From Escherichia coli (GTDB taxonomy: Bacteria; Pseudomonadota; Gammaproteobacteria; Enterobacterales; Enterobacteriaceae): a DNA stretch of 64,000 nt. The stretch lies in assembly GCF_003019035.1 (NCBI RefSeq), contig NZ_CP027447.1; one strand, 5' to 3'. Below the pieces are notes generated by a model. That model was not told where the DNA came from. It saw only the letters and a list, made by a program, of their open reading frames with translations, and searched no databases. The first letter of the stretch is position 1. Every line of letters begins with the position of its first letter. The position numbers and the translations under genes are program-made. Shown here in pieces: positions 37,700-49,895 of the stretch.

Positions 37700-39178
37700 T
37701 CACCCCGCCCGTAAAAGCATTTTCATTTTTTCGCTGCGACAAAACTGACGCTTCACTTCCACCACCAGCGGATGGCGCGACAACACAATCATCACCACAA
37801 ACGCCAGCACGCCTGCGGCTATTTGCACCGCCAGCAGCATCCCCAGCGCCAGTTGCCCTTTCAGCACAATGCCCAGCGCATAACTAACCACCAGCGTCGG
37901 CAGCGAGAGATAAAACGGCAGCCATAAACTCAGGATGTACTGGCGATAACTGGAACCGAGCACCGGTTTAATCATCACGAAATAGCTCAGAATGGTGTTG
38001 ATAATCTGCACCAGCAGGAAGCCGAGCGTGACGCCGATTGCGCCCGCCATCTGCCCACCAATAACAATCGCCGGAATAAACAGAAATGTTTTGAATACGT
38101 TGAATTTAAAGCTGATATCGACCCGCGCTTTCGCCATCAGCAGCGAACCAATCGGGTTCCCCACTGAGCGCAGCAGCCCCACCACACACAGCAATTGCAG
38201 CACCGGAATAATGCTGCTCCACTTCTCACCAAAGACCAGCGGTACAAAGTTATTCGACACCACCATCAGCCCCAGCAGCGCCGGAAAGTTGATAATCCCC
38301 ACCACCGACAGCAGCTTGTAGAAGTTGACGCGCAGCTTTTCGGTGTCGTCCTGAATTTTGGCAAACGCCGGAAACAACACGCGCGTGATGATTGGGTTCA
38401 GCTTCATCGGCGGCACAACGGCCACGTTGTACGCCAGGTTGTATCCCCCAGCTACGCCCGCGCCGAGAATACGCGCCAGCACCAGCGTTGAAAGGTTGGT
38501 ATTGAGATAGTTGATGATGCTGTCCGCCGTCAGCCAGGCACCAAAACGTAAGTTTGGTGCCACCGACGCCAGCGAGAAGTGCAGACCGGGGCGATAAATT
38601 TTGCGACCAAAGTAGCCAAACAGCAGCGTTCTTACCGCACTATTGACCAGATAACCGAGGATCGCGGTCATCGCCAGTGGCCAGAAATGGGCGCTAACCA
38701 CCGTAAAAGTGAAGCCCGCCAGCACCGCGCTGGTTTCGATCATGCCGATTTTGTTGAACTCCAGCTCTTTTTGCATCAACGCGCGGAACTGCTGCCCGTG
38801 GGGGATCACCACAAACGCCAGCGACAATGTTTTAATCAACGGTGCCAGGTCCGGATTATTCAGCATGTCGCCAATGGCATCACTCAACAAAAACACCGCC
38901 ACACACACCACAAGCCCCAGCCCAACGTTCAGCCAGTACAGCGTGGTGAGTTCAAGGTGGCTGATTTCTTTTCGCTGAATAATCGAGTTAGCGATACCGA
39001 AGTCAGAAAGCGTATCTGCCAGCGCGATGATCACCAGCGACACGGTAAGCAAACCGAACTGGTGGTTGTCGATAATCCGCGCCAGCACGGTCATCTGCAC
39101 CAGCCCGAGGCCGATGATGATCACCGTGGCAATCGCCGACCACTTCGCGCCGCTGATGGTTTTTTCACGTAAGCTCAT
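37700..39178 (-). CDS. wzxC: colanic acid repeat-unit flippase
   Basis: 492 aa, multi-pass membrane protein. Confidence 0.85.
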   Translation of the reverse strand: MSLREKTISGAKWSAIATVIIIGLGLVQMTVLARIIDNHQFGLLTVSLVIIALADTLSDFGIANSIIQRKEISHLELTTLYWLNVGLGLVVCVAVFLLSDAIGDMLNNPDLAPLIKTLSLAFVVIPHGQQFRALMQKELEFNKIGMIETSAVLAGFTFTVVSAHFWPLAMTAILGYLVNSAVRTLLFGYFGRKIYRPGLHFSLASVAPNLRFGAWLTADSIINYLNTNLSTLVLARILGAGVAGGYNLAYNVAVVPPMKLNPIITRVLFPAFAKIQDDTEKLRVNFYKLLSVVGIINFPALLGLMVVSNNFVPLVFGEKWSSIIPVLQLLCVVGLLRSVGNPIGSLLMAKARVDISFKFNVFKTFLFIPAIVIGGQMAGAIGVTLGFLLVQIINTILSYFVMIKPVLGSSYRQYILSLWLPFYLSLPTLVVSYALGIVLKGQLALGMLLAVQIAAGVLAFVVMIVLSRHPLVVEVKRQFCRSEKMKMLLRAG

Positions 39179-39179
39179 A

Positions 39180-40574
39180 TCAATATGCCGCTTTGTTAAC
39201 GAAGCCTTTGAATACCGTCAGGAAAACGATTTTGATATCGAACCAGACGCTCCATTCGCGGATGTACTCAAGGTCGAACTCGACGCGTTTTTCCATTTTC
39301 TCCAGCGTGTCGGTTTCGCCGCGCCAGCCGTTAATCTGCGCCCAGCCGGTAATGCCCGGTTTCACTTTATGGCGCAGCATGTAGCCTTCAATGAGCTGGC
39401 GATACTGTTCGTTATGCGCCACCGCATGCGGACGCGGACCGACAATCGACATCCCGCCAGTCAGCACATTGATAAACTGCGGCAATTCGTCCAGCGAGGT
39501 GCGGCGCAGAAAGTTCCCCACTTTGGTGACGCGCGGATCGTTCTGCGTCGCCTGAGTCACCACTTTGTCGTTCTCCATCACTTTCATCGAACGGAACTTC
39601 CACACTTTGATCGGCTTGCCATCCATGCCGTAGCGAGTCTGGCGAAAAATAACCGGCCCCGGTGAGCTCAGTTTCACCGCTAGCGCAATGCAGCACAGCA
39701 CCGGGGAGATCAGCAGCAGGATAAGCGTCGCCAGCACAATGTCTTCCGCACGTTTGAGCAGGCGGTTAACCCCGGAAAGCGGCGTGTCATACAGCGGCAC
39801 CACCGGTACGCCATTCATCTCTTCGAGGCGTGAATGGAGAATGTTGAAGGTAAAGACATCGGGGATCAGCAGCACCGAACAGGTGGTGTCCGCCAGTTGA
39901 TGGACCAGTTTTTTCACTCGCGCGCCGTCGCACATCTGCATCGCGATATAGACGTTATGAATCTTGCCCGCTTTCGCATCCTCGACCAGCTGTTGCAGAT
40001 TACCCGCCCAGTCGTTAGAAACGCCACCCGGTTTCGGGTCGTGGTAAACGCCCACCACTTCAAACCCTAACCACGGCTGATTACGGAAGCTCTCCATCAG
40101 CATTTGTCCGGCGGCTAAATCCCCCGCCACCGCGACCATGCGCTTGTTATAGCCATGATTACGCAGCCAGCCCGCCCCAATACGAATACATGAACGGCAA
40201 ACCACCAGTCCGATGCTGGTCAGCCCATACCACGCCAGCCAGATTTTCAGTTGCGTGTCGAAATCATTATTGAACGCCACCAGTCCGGCGCTGAAAATCA
40301 CGCTTAAGGTCCAGTTTTGTAGCAGCAGGGCAAATTCTGTCGCTGCCCGAACACCGCGCCATGAGCGATAAAAATCGGTGATGCCACCCAGCATCTGGAA
40401 CACCACCAGCGTAATCAGCGCCACCAACAGGTGCATGTAGAGGAATGACAGGCCGCTCACTTCGCAAACCAGCCATAGTCCGGCAAACATGATGGTGATA
40501 TCTGAAAAGCGTTGCACCATAGAGATTAACGATGCATTGGTTTTCGCTCGCTCGCGCTTTTTTAGATTTGTCAT
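39180..40574 (-). CDS. wcaJ: undecaprenyl-phosphate glucose phosphotransferase
   Basis: 464 aa, N-terminal TM helices and C-terminal sugar-phosphotransferase domain. Confidence 0.85.
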   Translation of the reverse strand: MTNLKKRERAKTNASLISMVQRFSDITIMFAGLWLVCEVSGLSFLYMHLLVALITLVVFQMLGGITDFYRSWRGVRAATEFALLLQNWTLSVIFSAGLVAFNNDFDTQLKIWLAWYGLTSIGLVVCRSCIRIGAGWLRNHGYNKRMVAVAGDLAAGQMLMESFRNQPWLGFEVVGVYHDPKPGGVSNDWAGNLQQLVEDAKAGKIHNVYIAMQMCDGARVKKLVHQLADTTCSVLLIPDVFTFNILHSRLEEMNGVPVVPLYDTPLSGVNRLLKRAEDIVLATLILLLISPVLCCIALAVKLSSPGPVIFRQTRYGMDGKPIKVWKFRSMKVMENDKVVTQATQNDPRVTKVGNFLRRTSLDELPQFINVLTGGMSIVGPRPHAVAHNEQYRQLIEGYMLRHKVKPGITGWAQINGWRGETDTLEKMEKRVEFDLEYIREWSVWFDIKIVFLTVFKGFVNKAAY

Positions 40575-40628
40575 CGTTGTTCCTGTTTTTAACCCCTTAC
40601 CCGCAGTGGGGTAAGGGAAGATCCGACA

Positions 40629-41999
40629 TTACTCGTTCAGCAACGTCAGCAGAGTTCGCGTTCGCGCTTCCATCAGCGGCACATCACCGCGCGATTCCAC
40701 ATTCAACCGCACCACCGGTTCGGTGTTGGAGGAGCGCAGGTTAAAGCGCCAGTCGGCAAAGGTCATGCTGATGCCATCGGTGCGATCCACCGCCAGCGCC
40801 TCACGGCTAAAATGCTGTTCCACGCGGTTAATCGCCTCAACGGGTTGCGCCAGTTTGCTGTTGATCTCACCGCTTGCCGGAAACGCTGCCATCCGGTCGC
40901 GCACCAGTTCGCCCAGCGTTTTTCCTTTCAGGCACACCAGTTCGGCGACCAGCAGCCACGGGATCATGCCGCTGTCGCAGTAAGCGAAATCACGGAAATA
41001 GTGGTGGGCGCTCATTTCGCCACCGTAGATGGCGTCTTCCTTGCGCATACGTTCTTTAATAAAGGCGTGTCCGGTTTTCGACATTACCGGGGTGCCGCCT
41101 GCGGCAGTCACCACATCAACGGTGTTCCAGGAGAGACGTGGATCGTGGATGATCTTCGCGCCGGGATTTTTTTCGAGGAACGCTTCTGCCAGCAGGCCGA
41201 CAATGTAGTAGCCCTCAATAAACTGCCCTTTTTCGTCAAACAGGAAACAGCGGTCAAAATCGCCATCAAAAGCAATGCCCATATCCGCGCCGTGTTTAAT
41301 GACCGCATTGCGGGTGTCGTCGCGACATTCCGGCAGCAACGGGTTAGGAATACCGTTGGGGAAATTGCCGTCCGGCGTGTTATGCACTTTGATTAACTCC
41401 ACCGGTGCGCCGAGGGCTTTAAAGCGGGCTTCGATGGCGTCCACCACCGGACCCGCTGCGCCGTTCCCGGAGTTGATCACCAGCTTGAGCGGCGTAAGGT
41501 TTTTGATATTGATATAACCGAACAGGTGATCAACGTATGCATCACGCAGGTTGATTTGCTGATAGCGACCGCGTTTGGTTTCATCAACGGGAGGAAAGTC
41601 GTTGGCTTCTGCCAGACGCTGGACGTCGCGCAGTCCGGTATCGCCGCTGATCGGGCGAGCCCCTTCGCGCACCAGCTTCATGCCGTTGTAATCCATCGGG
41701 TTATGGCTGGCGGTAACTTCGATGCCGCCATCCACGCCGAGATGGAACGTGGCGAAATAGATTTCTTCGGTGCCGGACATACCGATATCCAGCACATCGA
41801 CGCCCGCATCCTGTAAACCTTTCGCCAGCGCCAGTTTTAAGGTTTCGCTGGTGAGGCGGACATCACCGCCTAACACAATGGTTTTCGGTTTGAGAAATTC
41901 GCCATAGGCGCGACCAATGCGCCAGGCGATATCTTCATTCAGTTCTTCGCCTAATTTCCCGCGAATATCATAGGCTTTAAAGCAGGTTAATTTTTTCAT
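40629..41999 (-). CDS. cpsG: phosphomannomutase, colanic acid copy
   Basis: 456 aa from [14 protein letters not shown]; TASHNP phosphoserine motif. Confidence 0.9.
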   Translation of the reverse strand: MKKLTCFKAYDIRGKLGEELNEDIAWRIGRAYGEFLKPKTIVLGGDVRLTSETLKLALAKGLQDAGVDVLDIGMSGTEEIYFATFHLGVDGGIEVTASHNPMDYNGMKLVREGARPISGDTGLRDVQRLAEANDFPPVDETKRGRYQQINLRDAYVDHLFGYINIKNLTPLKLVINSGNGAAGPVVDAIEARFKALGAPVELIKVHNTPDGNFPNGIPNPLLPECRDDTRNAVIKHGADMGIAFDGDFDRCFLFDEKGQFIEGYYIVGLLAEAFLEKNPGAKIIHDPRLSWNTVDVVTAAGGTPVMSKTGHAFIKERMRKEDAIYGGEMSAHHYFRDFAYCDSGMIPWLLVAELVCLKGKTLGELVRDRMAAFPASGEINSKLAQPVEAINRVEQHFSREALAVDRTDGISMTFADWRFNLRSSNTEPVVRLNVESRGDVPLMEARTRTLLTLLNE

Positions 42000-42099
42000 G
42001 TCGTTACCCTTTTTCAGGCAATAGTTGGCCCTGACCGAAACGGCCAATTTTGTTTTTTCGTTATTTACCGGAGAATTAATCCGGTTGATTATTCAACGG

Positions 42100-43536
42100 C
42101 TACACCCGTCCGTAGCGATCCGCGAAGCGCACCACATCATCCTCTTCGAGATAAGAGCCGGAGCGCACTTCAATTAAATCGAGCGGAATTTTCCCCGGGT
42201 TTTCCAGGCAGTGCGTCGCCCCCAGCGGAATATAAATGGACTCGTTTTCACCAAGCAGTTTGATATCACCGTCAATGGTGACTTTTGCCGTTCCCGCGAC
42301 CACTACCCAGTGTTCCGCGCGGTGATGGTGCATCTGTACCGACAAGCCCTCGCCCGGTTTCACGGTGATGCGTTTCACCTGGTAGCGATCGCCCGCGTCG
42401 ATAGAGTCATATTTGCCCCACGGGCGATACACTTCGCGATGCACCCGATGCTCATGGCGACCATCGGCTTTGATCTGCTCGACCACTTTTTTCACATCCT
42501 GAACCGCGTTACGGTCGGCAATCAGCACCGCATCTTTGGTCTGCACTACCACCAAATCTTTCACCCCGACGGTGGTGACCAGGCCAGATTCGGCATACAC
42601 ATAGCTGTTTTCGGTTTTGTGATTAATCACATCACCGTGGCAAACGTTGCCCTCGGCGGTGTGGGCGCTGATCTCCCATAAAGAGGACCAGGAGCCGACA
42701 TCGCTCCAGCCTGCATCCATCGGCACCACAACGGCATCTGCCGTTCGTTCCATGACCGCGTAATCCACCGACTCTTCCGGGCAGGCCAGAAACGCTTCTT
42801 CATCCACACGAATAAAATCGAGATCCGGATCGACGGCGCTCATCGCTTTTTCACAGGCGTCGAGAATATCCGGGCGATATTTTTTCAGTTCTTCGAGATA
42901 GCATCCGGCGCGGAACAGGAACATGCCGCTGTTCCAGTAATATTCGCCGCTTGCTACATAGGCCTGGGCGGTTTCCAGATTCGGTTTTTCGACAAACTGC
43001 GCCACTTCAAAGGCCACCGTATCCTGCTCACCCGCAGACACTTCACCGCGACGAATATAGCCATATCCGGTTTCAGGTAGATCCGGCACAATGCCGAAGG
43101 TCACCAGCTTGCCCGCTTCGGCATATGGCATGGCATTACGCACGGCGGCACGGAACGCGTCTTCATCGGCAATCACATGATCCGCCGCCAAGACCAGCAT
43201 TAACGGGTCGCTCTCCGGGCTATGACGTTTTGCCGCCAGCGCCGCCAGCGCAATGGCAGGTGCAGTGTTACGCCCTGCCGGTTCGAGAATAATGTTCTCG
43301 GTGAGTTTATTCAGTTGACGCAGCTGTTCCGCGACAATAAAGCGGTGCTGCTCATTGCAAATCACCACCGGGCTTTCGCACTCCACGCCGTTCAGGCGGC
43401 AGATGGTGGTTTGCAGCATGGTGAGATCGCCTTTCAGGCATAAAAACTGCTTGGGATAAAGTACGCGGGAAAGCGGCCATAAGCGGCTACCGGAGCCACC
43501 TGCCATCACAACTGGATAGAGTTTCGACTGCGCCAT
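42100..43536 (-). CDS. cpsB: mannose-1-phosphate guanylyltransferase, colanic acid copy
   Basis: 478 aa, [24 protein letters not shown]... Confidence 0.9.
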   Translation of the reverse strand: MAQSKLYPVVMAGGSGSRLWPLSRVLYPKQFLCLKGDLTMLQTTICRLNGVECESPVVICNEQHRFIVAEQLRQLNKLTENIILEPAGRNTAPAIALAALAAKRHSPESDPLMLVLAADHVIADEDAFRAAVRNAMPYAEAGKLVTFGIVPDLPETGYGYIRRGEVSAGEQDTVAFEVAQFVEKPNLETAQAYVASGEYYWNSGMFLFRAGCYLEELKKYRPDILDACEKAMSAVDPDLDFIRVDEEAFLACPEESVDYAVMERTADAVVVPMDAGWSDVGSWSSLWEISAHTAEGNVCHGDVINHKTENSYVYAESGLVTTVGVKDLVVVQTKDAVLIADRNAVQDVKKVVEQIKADGRHEHRVHREVYRPWGKYDSIDAGDRYQVKRITVKPGEGLSVQMHHHRAEHWVVVAGTAKVTIDGDIKLLGENESIYIPLGATHCLENPGKIPLDLIEVRSGSYLEEDDVVRFADRYGRV

Positions 43537-43538
43537 AA

Positions 43539-44762
43539 TTATCCCCGAATATCATTTATAAATTGACGTAACACGTTCTCTTTATCGAGCGTGCGTTCGG
43601 CATATTCACGTGCCACCGTGTTGTGTTTGGGCAGCAGGAGCGCCTGACGGATCCCCGCCACCAGCGCCTCGACCGATTCCGGTTCTACGCAAACCGCAAT
43701 GCCCGGAAAGGTTTCGCAAAGCTGTCCCAGTTCTGTGTGGGCTTCAGCAGTAATCACCGCGTTACCGCCTACCGCCAGAATATTGGTCAGTTTCGACGGC
43801 AATACGGCATCTGCCGCGCCGCGTTTTTGCACCACCAGATGGCAATCCCCCATCTTCAGCAGTGCGGGTAAAGCGTCATACGATTGCAGCGGGAAAAATT
43901 GCATGTTGCGCAGTCCACGCTGCTGCGCCATTTTTTCCAGCCGCGCTTTGCCGCCGCCCTGCCCGACAATGGCAAAAATCAGCGGTTCATCGCGCAGACG
44001 ATCGGCAGCTTCAATAACGTTTTCCAGCCCCTGCTTTTCACCAATATTGCCGGAGTAAAGAATGATTTTTTTGTTATCCGGCAGGTCAAGCTGGTTACGA
44101 AGGGCGTCAACATCGGCATCTGCAACATGCTGAAAACGGGCAATTTCCGACCAGTTGGGGAAGAAGATGACGTTTTCCGCCGCCACGCCTTTTTCGATGG
44201 CTTTATTCATCATCGAACGCGAAATCGTGGAGACGTTATCGACGTTATTCAGTCCGCTACGTTCGAACGCCGTTGCCAGCTGTGCCACTTTGCCGCCTTT
44301 GCCTTTTCCGGCAAGGCCCAGCCCCAGCATGGCGTCCACTTCGTAATCCTGAATATGTAGCACCGTGCGCGCACCAGACAGTTTCGCCAGCAGGCGCATT
44401 CCCGGCGTGCAAAACAGCGTTGGTACCACGCCGATAATGCGATCCGGCTTCCAGCGACGTTGCGCCATCAGCGGAAAGAAACTGCTGGCGGCAAAACTGC
44501 CGAGATGCAACAGGCGTTTCAGGGTGCTCGGCTGTTTTGGTACGTACAGCGGGCAGCGCCACACCGTGGCGGCCCCCTCTTCTCGTTTGTACCGCCAGGC
44601 GGAATAGTTCTCGCCCACCTGCCATTGCGGGTAGTAAGGCGGTGCGGTAATAACCCGCACCTCATGACCTTGTGCCGCCAGCCATTCCACCATCTCGCCG
44701 GTGTACTTGCCGATGCCGGTTAACTCCGGCGAGTAGTTAATGCCGTAGACCAGTATTTTCAT
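43539..44762 (-). CDS. wcaI: colanic acid biosynthesis glycosyltransferase WcaI
   Basis: 407 aa; conserved order. Confidence 0.85.
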   Translation of the reverse strand: MKILVYGINYSPELTGIGKYTGEMVEWLAAQGHEVRVITAPPYYPQWQVGENYSAWRYKREEGAATVWRCPLYVPKQPSTLKRLLHLGSFAASSFFPLMAQRRWKPDRIIGVVPTLFCTPGMRLLAKLSGARTVLHIQDYEVDAMLGLGLAGKGKGGKVAQLATAFERSGLNNVDNVSTISRSMMNKAIEKGVAAENVIFFPNWSEIARFQHVADADVDALRNQLDLPDNKKIILYSGNIGEKQGLENVIEAADRLRDEPLIFAIVGQGGGKARLEKMAQQRGLRNMQFFPLQSYDALPALLKMGDCHLVVQKRGAADAVLPSKLTNILAVGGNAVITAEAHTELGQLCETFPGIAVCVEPESVEALVAGIRQALLLPKHNTVAREYAERTLDKENVLRQFINDIRG

Positions 44763-45238
44763 AATCCGGGTACTCCGGCACGCTTCTCAGCGAGAAAATA
44801 GGCGCGGCTGTTAGCGTGAACATTGTCACTGGCGAGCAACGCGTCCGGCGTCAGCCAGCGGTAATCGTCATGCTGCTCATCCGGCAGTAACAGCTCTTCT
44901 TCCGCTACTCTGATGCGAAAACCGAGCACCACATAGTGAGTGGTAAAATCCGAGCCGGAGAAGTTATCGTCATAAAAGTGCTGCCAGACACCGTAAAACT
45001 GGCCTGCTGTTATCGGCAGACGCAACCCCAGTTCCGCAAGCGTCAGCCGCTCAAATGCGGCTTCCAGCGTTTCGTCTTTCTGCACGCGCCCTCCCGGCAC
45101 AAACCAGTAACCCTGCGCCGGGCGGTTGGTTCTTTTGCCAAGCAGAAACTCGCCGCGACTGTTCTCGACAATAAAGTCGAGAGAGACAAGCGGTGTGGAG
45201 CGCACTACCGTGGCAAAGTCTTCCTGACGTAAAAACAT
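44759..45238 (-). CDS. gmm: GDP-mannose mannosyl hydrolase (Nudix), colanic acid copy
   Basis: 159 aa from [12 protein letters not shown]... Confidence 0.85.
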   Translation of the reverse strand: MFLRQEDFATVVRSTPLVSLDFIVENSRGEFLLGKRTNRPAQGYWFVPGGRVQKDETLEAAFERLTLAELGLRLPITAGQFYGVWQHFYDDNFSGSDFTTHYVVLGFRIRVAEEELLLPDEQHDDYRWLTPDALLASDNVHANSRAYFLAEKRAGVPGL

Positions 45239-45240
45239 CA

Positions 45241-46206
45241 TTACCCCCGAAAGCGGTCTTGATTCTCAAGGAACCACTGGTAAGTGCTGGCAAGCCCCGC
45301 TTCCAGTGAGATTTCGTGATACCAGCCAAGCTGATGCAGGCGCGTCACATCCAGCAGTTTGCGCGGCGTACCATCCGGTTTACTGGCATCAAAAACCACC
45401 CGACCTTTGTAACCCACCACTTTGGCGATGGTTTGCGCCAGCTCGCGGATAGTGCAGTCAACGCCCGTGCCGACGTTAATGTGCGACAGCATCGGTTGGG
45501 TGTTCTCCAGCCAGACTTCGTGCGCCAGCTCCATCACATGAATGCTTGCCGCCGCCATATCATCGACATGCAGAAATTCACGCATCGGTGTACCGCTGCC
45601 CCATACCACCACGTCCGGCGCATTCTGTGCCGTCGCCTCGTGGAAGCGACGCAGCAATGCAGGGATCACATGCGAATTACTCGGGTGGAAGTTGTCATGC
45701 GGGCCATACAGGTTGGTCGGCATGACAGAGCGGTAATCGCGTCCGTACTGGCGGTTGTAAGATTCGCACAGTTTGATCCCGGCGATTTTGGCAATGGCGT
45801 ATGGCTCGTTGGTCGGCTCCAGCGTGCCCTGTAACAGCTCGCTTTCTGCCATCGGCTGTTTTGCCAGTTTTGGGTAGATACAGGACGATCCGAGAAACAG
45901 CAGTTTGTTGACGTCGTTCTGATGCGCGGCGTGAATGATGTTGCTCTCAATCATCATGTTCTGGTAGATGAAATCTGCCGGATATGTGTTGTTGGCAACA
46001 ATGCCGCCCACTTTCGCCGCCGCCAGATAGACCTGGTCAATGCGTTCGCTGGCAAAGAAATCATGCACGGCGCGGCTGTCCAGCAGGTTCAGCTCGTCGC
46101 GGGTACGTAATACCAGTTCCACATCACCGCGCTGTTCGAGCTGACGGGTGATAGCGGAACCGACCATCCCGCGATGACCAGCAATAAAAATGCGTTGTTT
46201 ACTCAT
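45241..46206 (-). CDS. fcl: GDP-L-fucose synthase, colanic acid copy
   Basis: 321 aa, [19 protein letters not shown]... Confidence 0.9.
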   Translation of the reverse strand: MSKQRIFIAGHRGMVGSAITRQLEQRGDVELVLRTRDELNLLDSRAVHDFFASERIDQVYLAAAKVGGIVANNTYPADFIYQNMMIESNIIHAAHQNDVNKLLFLGSSCIYPKLAKQPMAESELLQGTLEPTNEPYAIAKIAGIKLCESYNRQYGRDYRSVMPTNLYGPHDNFHPSNSHVIPALLRRFHEATAQNAPDVVVWGSGTPMREFLHVDDMAAASIHVMELAHEVWLENTQPMLSHINVGTGVDCTIRELAQTIAKVVGYKGRVVFDASKPDGTPRKLLDVTRLHQLGWYHEISLEAGLASTYQWFLENQDRFRG

Positions 46207-46208
46207 GC

Positions 46209-47330
46209 TTATGACTCCAGCGCGATCGCCACGTCGTAGCCGTGAGATTTCAGCAGAGAGTGTTTTTTCGCCGCTTCGAGGTCATTAGCCACCATTTCAG
46301 ACACCATCTCTCTGAGGGTGATTTCCGGTTTCCAGCCCAGTTTTTCGTGCGCTTTGGTCGGGTCGCCGAGCAGCGTTTCAACTTCTGCCGGACGGAAGTA
46401 ACGCGGGTCAACGGCGATAATCACATCGCCCGGTTTAACGCCCGGCGCGTCATGCCCGGTGACGGAAACCACAATGCCCTTCTCTTCAACGCCCGTGCCT
46501 TCAAAGCGCAGTTTGATGCCCAGCTGTGCCGCCGCCATTTCCACGAACTGACGCACGGAGTACTGAACGCCGGTAGCGATAACAAAATCTTCCGGTTGTT
46601 CCTGTTGCAGCATCATCCACTGCATTTTTACGTAGTCTTTGGCGTGGCCCCAGTCACGCAGGGAATCCATATTGCCGAGATACAGGCACGACTCCAGCCC
46701 CTGGGCGATATTGGCGATTGCGCGGGTGATTTTGCGAGTGACGAAGGTTTCGCCACGGCGCGGGGATTCATGGTTGAAGAGAATACCGTTGCAGGCGTAC
46801 ATGCCGTAGGATTCGCGGTAGTTAACGGTGATCCAGTAGGCGTACAGTTTGGCGACCGCATACGGAGATCGCGGGTAGAATGGCGTGGTTTCTTTCTGCG
46901 GAATTTCCTGCACCAGACCGTACAGTTCAGAAGTGGAAGCCTGATAGAAACGGGTTTTCTTTTCCAGGCCGAGGAAGCGGATCGCCTCGAGCAGGCGCAG
47001 CGTACCCATCGCATCAACGTCTGCGGTATATTCCGGCGACTCAAAAGAAACCGCAACGTGGCTCATTGCCCCCAGGTTGTACACTTCATCCGGCTGTACT
47101 TCACGCAAAATGCGCGTCAGGTTGGAGGTATCACTCAGGTCGCCATAATGCAGATGGAATTTCGGGTTGCAGGTGTGCGGATCCTGATAAATGTGATCCA
47201 CGCGCTCGGTGTTGAATGACGATGCACGACGCTTAATACCATGCACCTCGTAACCTTTTTCCAGCAGAAACTCTGCCAGGTAAGAACCGTCTTGTCCGGT
47301 TACACCGGTGATGAGAGCGACTTTTGACAT
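46209..47330 (-). CDS. gmd: GDP-mannose 4,6-dehydratase, colanic acid copy
   Basis: 373 aa, [22 protein letters not shown]... Confidence 0.9.
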
Positions 47331-47356
47331 GTCTTATTCCTCTGTATTTTTTGAAT

Positions 47357-47905
47357 TTATTCAGTTTCAACGCGTTCGCGTATCACCACTGCGGGATTCC
47401 CCCGGCAAACCACATTTGCCGGAAGCGATTTAAAAACACTGCTTCGCGCACCCACGACGGTGCCGTTGCCGATCGTGACGCCAGGGGCAACAAAAACATC
47501 TGTCGCCAGCCAGCATTTCTCGCCAATCACAATAGGCGTGGCGTTAATGGTGAAATGTTGACTTGCATGGTCGTGGCTCCCGGTGCATAAATAACTTTTT
47601 TGCGATATCACCGAATGTGCGCCAATGGTTATTTCACCGAGGGTATATAAATTGACCTCATCACCGACCCACGCGTAATCACCTAAAGTTAATTTCCACG
47701 GATAGGTAATTTTTACTGACGGACGAATAACTACGTTTTTTCCTATTTTTGCCCCGAATAAACGTAATAAAAAAGCCCGCCAGCGATACAATACTTGTGG
47801 CGACCAGGAAAATAATGTTGCCTGTACTGCCCACCACAATTGCACTTTAATAGCGTTGCCGCCCCGGAACCCTTTCGGCACCGAGAAACCGCTTAAATCT
47901 TGCAT
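47357..47905 (-). CDS. wcaF: colanic acid biosynthesis acetyltransferase WcaF
   Basis: 182 aa, left-handed beta-helix (hexapeptide-repeat) acetyltransferase sequence. Confidence 0.85.
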   Translation of the reverse strand: MQDLSGFSVPKGFRGGNAIKVQLWWAVQATLFSWSPQVLYRWRAFLLRLFGAKIGKNVVIRPSVKITYPWKLTLGDYAWVGDEVNLYTLGEITIGAHSVISQKSYLCTGSHDHASQHFTINATPIVIGEKCWLATDVFVAPGVTIGNGTVVGARSSVFKSLPANVVCRGNPAVVIRERVETE

Positions 47906-47920
47906 CATTTTCCCTTATAT

Positions 47921-48667
47921 TCAGCTTTTGTTATATAAGGCTTTCGTCTTTGAGGTAGTACGCTGGCGTAAATGCCAGGATAATTCTGCCCAGAAGCCAG
48001 GTACATGTAATATTTGCCGTTGGACTTTTTTCGCGTCAGCACACAATTCCATATTATTGGTGGTAGATACCCCACCCATGGAAAATTCAGACACCAGGCC
48101 ATTGAGTTTTCTAAATGCATAACCAGCTTTATACATTTTGGCTGCCAGCGCGTAATCGGAAGAAACTTTATATTCCAGGTCATAACGCCATTTTTTCAAG
48201 CCGGATACCGGAAAAAATATCGCCTGATGACTGGCGGGCAGGCTGTGATAAATATACCAGCCCGGTTTGGCGCTACGTTTAATTTTATGACCGTCGCCAA
48301 AATCCAGCAGCGCATCGCCGGTGATCATCACGTTATCTTTTTGCATTTTTAACTTACGGACAAAATTTGCGGCATCCTGATGAAAAATATCGCCCGAGTT
48401 GAGAAACAACGCGAACTTGCCTTGTGCCATCGCAATGCCTTTATTCATGGCATCGTAGATACCGTTATCTGGCTCGCTGACAAAGCGTAGGTTATAGATA
48501 CCATTGAGATTTTCCAGATACTCACGGGTACCGTCATTGGAACCGCCATCGACAACAATCCATTCGAAGCTGATATCGTCAGCCTGCGCCAGATGCGCCA
48601 ACGAGGCATGTGTTTTGACTATCCCTGCGAGGTTACGAAACGCGACAGTGATTATGCTAAGCAACAT
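47921..48667 (-). CDS. wcaE: colanic acid biosynthesis glycosyltransferase WcaE
   Basis: 248 aa GT2-like sequence. Confidence 0.85.
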   Translation of the reverse strand: MLLSIITVAFRNLAGIVKTHASLAHLAQADDISFEWIVVDGGSNDGTREYLENLNGIYNLRFVSEPDNGIYDAMNKGIAMAQGKFALFLNSGDIFHQDAANFVRKLKMQKDNVMITGDALLDFGDGHKIKRSAKPGWYIYHSLPASHQAIFFPVSGLKKWRYDLEYKVSSDYALAAKMYKAGYAFRKLNGLVSEFSMGGVSTTNNMELCADAKKVQRQILHVPGFWAELSWHLRQRTTSKTKALYNKS

Positions 48668-48677
48668 GTTCTTATTC

Positions 48678-49895
48678 TTACCTCGTAATATTTAACGCTT
48701 TTCGCAAAATAAACGGACAGACGATTAAAAATGCATATTCCGGGCTAAATATCGAACCGGTAAAAAACAGCGATACCGGAGTAAAAAGATATAATTGCAC
48801 GCGAAAATTGCGGTTATCACCAAAAGCGTTGATCATCATTTTTATCACTTTCCCCATGTACCACAGTGATAAAAACACCGCGAACCAGGAAAAATAAATA
48901 ATCAGCAGATACAAACCATTGTCTATGGTTTTTCCGACATCCGCACCGTTAAATATTCCGAATGATGCGACATATTCATAAAGTGAGCCAAATCTGACTA
49001 CACCGTCAATATGGGTCAAAGAATAACCGACCATCACCAGCGGACCGACAATACGATAATATGATGACGATCCTTCTGTACCTAAATCGCCCAGACGGGT
49101 GGAAATATAAGGAAATGCAATTACCACACCAACCAGGAATACAGCCAGAGAAATCAATGCTAACGGTAACTTTTTCTTAATCGCCTCTTTATTCAGATAT
49201 TGAAATGCCCACTCCAGCAAATAAAACAGGATAAAGGTCATAACCCCTGAAAACGATCCGGATAATATTATCCCTGCGAGAATCATAGCATCGGTTTTAG
49301 GTGTTTTGATACCAAACTGTTTGATGCTGAGCCAAATTGAGATTAATGCCAGAGCGAAAAATGCCGGTTCGAAATAAAGTGCTGTCGTGCGCTTGCCGCC
49401 GAATTTGATGAAATTCAGCACATAGCTGTTGCTGTAAATCAGATATTTCGAAATCGACTCCATAATACTGCTGCCACCGGTGAGGATAATTTGCGCCATC
49501 TCCACTGCCGCCAGCGCCACCACCAGCCCGACCACCAGATAAAAGAAACGTAATATCTTGCGATGGTTGTGTGGCGAAATTGTTTTAAAACGAATACTCC
49601 ACACCATGCCAATAATGATCACAATATAGACAAACAGCATGGTTGAAGTGACGTATTTACTGGCATCCAACGACTGACCAAACAGGTAGTTAAACGCCGT
49701 GAGTCCCGCGCCAATCCCTAAGGCAATCATCAATTTTTTAATGCTGATGCGTTCTAAAAACAGCAGTAACAAGACAGGTAAAAAAGTGACGATGGTGATG
49801 GGGAAACTTTCGCCAAGCTGGGCGATTTTGACGTTAACCAACAGGTAAATCAGCGGCAGCAGCAGGTAGCTACAGATTCTGATAGAAGTTGACAT
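48678..49895 (-). CDS. wcaD: colanic acid polymerase WcaD
   Basis: 405 aa from [13 protein letters not shown]...; multi-pass membrane protein; 5' end overlaps the wcaC 3' end. Confidence 0.8.
   Translation of the reverse strand: MSTSIRICSYLLLPLIYLLVNVKIAQLGESFPITIVTFLPVLLLLFLERISIKKLMIALGIGAGLTAFNYLFGQSLDASKYVTSTMLFVYIVIIIGMVWSIRFKTISPHNHRKILRFFYLVVGLVVALAAVEMAQIILTGGSSIMESISKYLIYSNSYVLNFIKFGGKRTTALYFEPAFFALALISIWLSIKQFGIKTPKTDAMILAGIILSGSFSGVMTFILFYLLEWAFQYLNKEAIKKKLPLALISLAVFLVGVVIAFPYISTRLGDLGTEGSSSYYRIVGPLVMVGYSLTHIDGVVRFGSLYEYVASFGIFNGADVGKTIDNGLYLLIIYFSWFAVFLSLWYMGKVIKMMINAFGDNRNFRVQLYLFTPVSLFFTGSIFSPEYAFLIVCPFILRKALNITR

Noticed and set aside
46242-47219. 325-aa plus-strand ORF antisense to the colanic acid gmd
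   Set aside because: Lies entirely inside a well-supported, conserved minus-strand gene in GC-rich DNA where long spurious antisense frames are common; no RBS or recognisable protein features.
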